DNA of 64,000 bases, from contig NC_135758.1 of assembly GCF_052425735.1 (NCBI RefSeq), positions 34,844,001 to 34,908,000 on the forward strand, written 5' to 3'. Each line of letters begins with the position of its first letter. Position 1 is the stretch's first letter. The DNA is from Oculina patagonica. Its lineage: Eukaryota. Both the position numbers and the translations under genes were made by a program. Below are positions 61,721 through 64,000 of the stretch, one piece after another. Below the pieces are notes generated by a model. It was not told the origin of the DNA. It saw only the letters and a list, made by a program, of their open reading frames with translations, and did not search any database.

Positions 61721-63835
61721 TTACAGTCTCAAGCTCCTCTGTTGTTTAAGTCTTTCATATCTCCGCCTCGCTTCCAGTTTGTGTAATTGGTTCTGTTCTA
61801 GTTCATCATGGCTCGGGTGGCTCATGTCTGCTAGTGTTCTCTCGATGTTCGCCGAGTAAACGGTGTGCGAAGGAATTACTCTTCGATGAACCTAAAAGAA
61901 AATAAGAGTAAAACTGTGTTAAGATTCAGCAGAGTAATGCAGGGTATAAAGGCCCGGCAAAAGGAGGAAACATGTTTCCAGAAACATTCGTAGCGCGCGC
62001 ATGTTTCCCCAATGTTTCCCGGTTTTGCTACACGAGAAGCATGATCAAGCATTGTTTCCAGCGTCATTTTTTGTCTCCAAAAAGCAAAATTTGCTTCTGC
62101 TGCACGGCAGAAACATTCCGTGTTTCTGTGCGGCCTGGAACCATGGCAAAACGACGAAACAATTATGAAAAGATATTTCCTCGTTTTGCCGGGCCTTTAC
62201 ACTGCCTTTTTTGTCACCTTTCCTCTTTGTTTGGCATCCCTCAATCGAAAACGTTGCCCTTCCCTAAATCTTAGAGTAAAATCATGGACCGCTTCAGCGA
62301 ACGATAGCCCTTTAACGCGAAAAGCTAACGACATCGCTATCTTTTTGTAAAAATCTATCATAAACCAAAAATCAATTACCTTATTGTTACTATTTTCGGG
62401 GAACTCGCGAAAATGGAACGGGAGCGGGACATCGCGAGGCCAAAAACGAAAAAATGGGGCAAGGATTGAAAACCGCGAAAACGCGAAAATTAGAACAATA
62501 AGGTACTATTTACAGACTGCCACTTCATTTTCCCGTTTGTTTGGGTTGATCGCTTTTTGTACTAAAAGTGACCGGACTCCTGCCCTTGTTGGTAAGCAAC
62601 TTGTTAAACGGGAAGTTGCAGCAAAAGGCAGCGAATGGAATGGGATTTTGTCTGTAATTGGTTCGAACAACTCGCGAGACATGTTCTGACCAATCACAAC
62701 ACAGACGTCTTTCTGCCAATCGGGTGCGAACGGCTGTGCGAAGGAAGCAGCCGTGATCTTTCCCGCGCTTGCCTCGAGTTCTGATTGGATTATGCGCCTT
62801 TTACCGCCGAAGTGAGTCGGTCTGTGATGAATTCAGAACATACAACAAAACAGCTCTAAAACGAGAAAAACAACCTGAGAAAAAGATTCAGAAACAGAAG
62901 ACAACAATGTCTTAATTGTTATCACAGATAATCATCAGCTTCACCTGTAGTGCATCTCTGAGATCCATGAGTGACATTGGTGGTTTAGTAGCACCTCTAC
63001 TGTCACTGGAAGCCACCGTGACTGCTGCCTCGGCTTCAGCTTGCTCTAACGTTCTACCACTATTACCGCTACTACTGGAGCCATTAACACAACCTAAAGA
63101 TCTGCAACAAGTAGGATTTTCGAGTCCAAATTAGTTTCCACCATTTAAGTTTACTTAATACCTATAATCAGTCCCGTTGAGAGAATAATTAGGGCCATAA
63201 TTTGCGCAAAGGCTTCTCGATAAAGGGAGAAACGTTACGTGACTTTTCGCTACAGCGTGAAACGTTGCGTGACTTTTTTTACTACAGTGAGAAACGTTGC
63301 GTGACTTTTTACTACAGTGAGTAACGTTGCACGACTGTTTACTACAGTAAAAAACGTTGCGTGACTTCTCGCTACTGGGAGCAGGGCTACCTAACCCCTT
63401 ACTACAGGGAGACGTATTGCAAGATTTCTTGCTACAGGGATAGGCGTTGTGTGACTTATCATTATGGGGAGGAAGGATAGATAACCTCTCACTACAGGGA
63501 GGTGTGTTACATAAAACAGGAAGAAGCGTTGTGTGACACCATAAAAGCAGCTATAGAGACTAGTCAAGCCCAGATACACCAGTAGCTTCTAATTACCTCT
63601 TTTTGGACTTTTTTCAAAATTCTCCTGGAAGTTTGACCAACAGTCATTGTTTAAAAGGTGCACCAGTGTTGTCAAAAGAGACTCACCTTTCTGAGCCTGG
63701 TGGCCAGGGACTTGTACTATTTCTCAGGTGCATTCTGGGGTAGGTGCCACCCATAGCATAGCGAAAATGTCCATCTTTGAGCCTGAATGTACTTCTCATT
63801 GAACAGCAAACTGCCAAAATATCTTTCACTAGATA
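61721..63835 (-). CDS. TADA1: Transcriptional adapter 1 (SAGA subunit), 3' exons only: 63687-63835, 62945-63101, 61721-61891
   Basis: YLVKDILAVCCSMRSTFRLKDGHFRYAMG...AEAEAAVTVASS...PPMSLMDLRDALQ|VHRRVIPSHTVYSANIERTLADMSHPSHDELEQ matches the TADA1 C-terminus. The gene continues beyond the window. Confidence 0.9.
61947..62199. mobile_element. PIF/Harbinger-like MITE in the last TADA1 intron
   Basis: TAAAGGCCCGGCAAAAGGAGGAAACAT ... ATATTTCCTCGTTTTGCCGGGCCTTTA. Confidence 0.75.
63225..63440 (+). repeat. ~30-bp minisatellite, 5-7 degenerate units, in a TADA1 intron
   Basis: Repeated GAAACGTTGCGTGACTTTT(T)ACTACAG. Confidence 0.85.
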
Positions 63836-64000
63836 CTGCAACAAGATTTAATTAGAGTTAATCAAACTTTAGTCAGCAATTCACGAAGAATACACATGTG
63901 AAAAAAAGCTCAGCATTAAAAGTGTTTATCAACAGCGTTTATAACTTTCATATCAAAGAAGTACAATCAGAAATTAGACCAAAGCTATGTGACTTTTCCT

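Overview
Eukaryotic, intron-rich, AT-rich genomic DNA. The repeat families and gene content point to a cnidarian, most likely a scleractinian coral (inference). There are two N gaps and several homopolymer stretches that look like assembly noise. Genes, left to right: an uncharacterised minus-strand coiled-coil gene (2991-7554) with a Penelope GIY-YIG fragment and a minimal hammerhead ribozyme in one intron; two tandem calumenin/reticulocalbin (CREC) paralogues ending HEEL and HSEL; a large TTC28-like TPR-CHAT gene (-); head-to-head with it, a four-exon SET-domain (SETD3/Rubisco-LSMT class) gene; a small unknown gene (-); URM1; RPL35 (-); two tandem LDAF1/promethin-like genes; an unknown low-complexity gene (-) with a 221-nt dual-frame overlap; and the 3' exons of TADA1 (-). 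Intergenic and intronic DNA carries tRNA-derived SINEs, several MITE families and tandem repeats. The strongest candidate for novelty is the SET-domain protein. It has a signal peptide and a C-terminal RDEL, and all three canonical SAM-binding/catalytic motifs are degenerate, suggesting an ER-lumenal pseudo-methyltransferase located near two ER Ca2+-binding calumenins. The second candidate is a ~260-bp tandem/inverted repeat with an internal tRNA-like module and a compact pseudoknot-capable motif at the unit junction, which may be a retrozyme-like element. All exon structures were deduced by eye from splice signals and frame continuity; no database searches were run.
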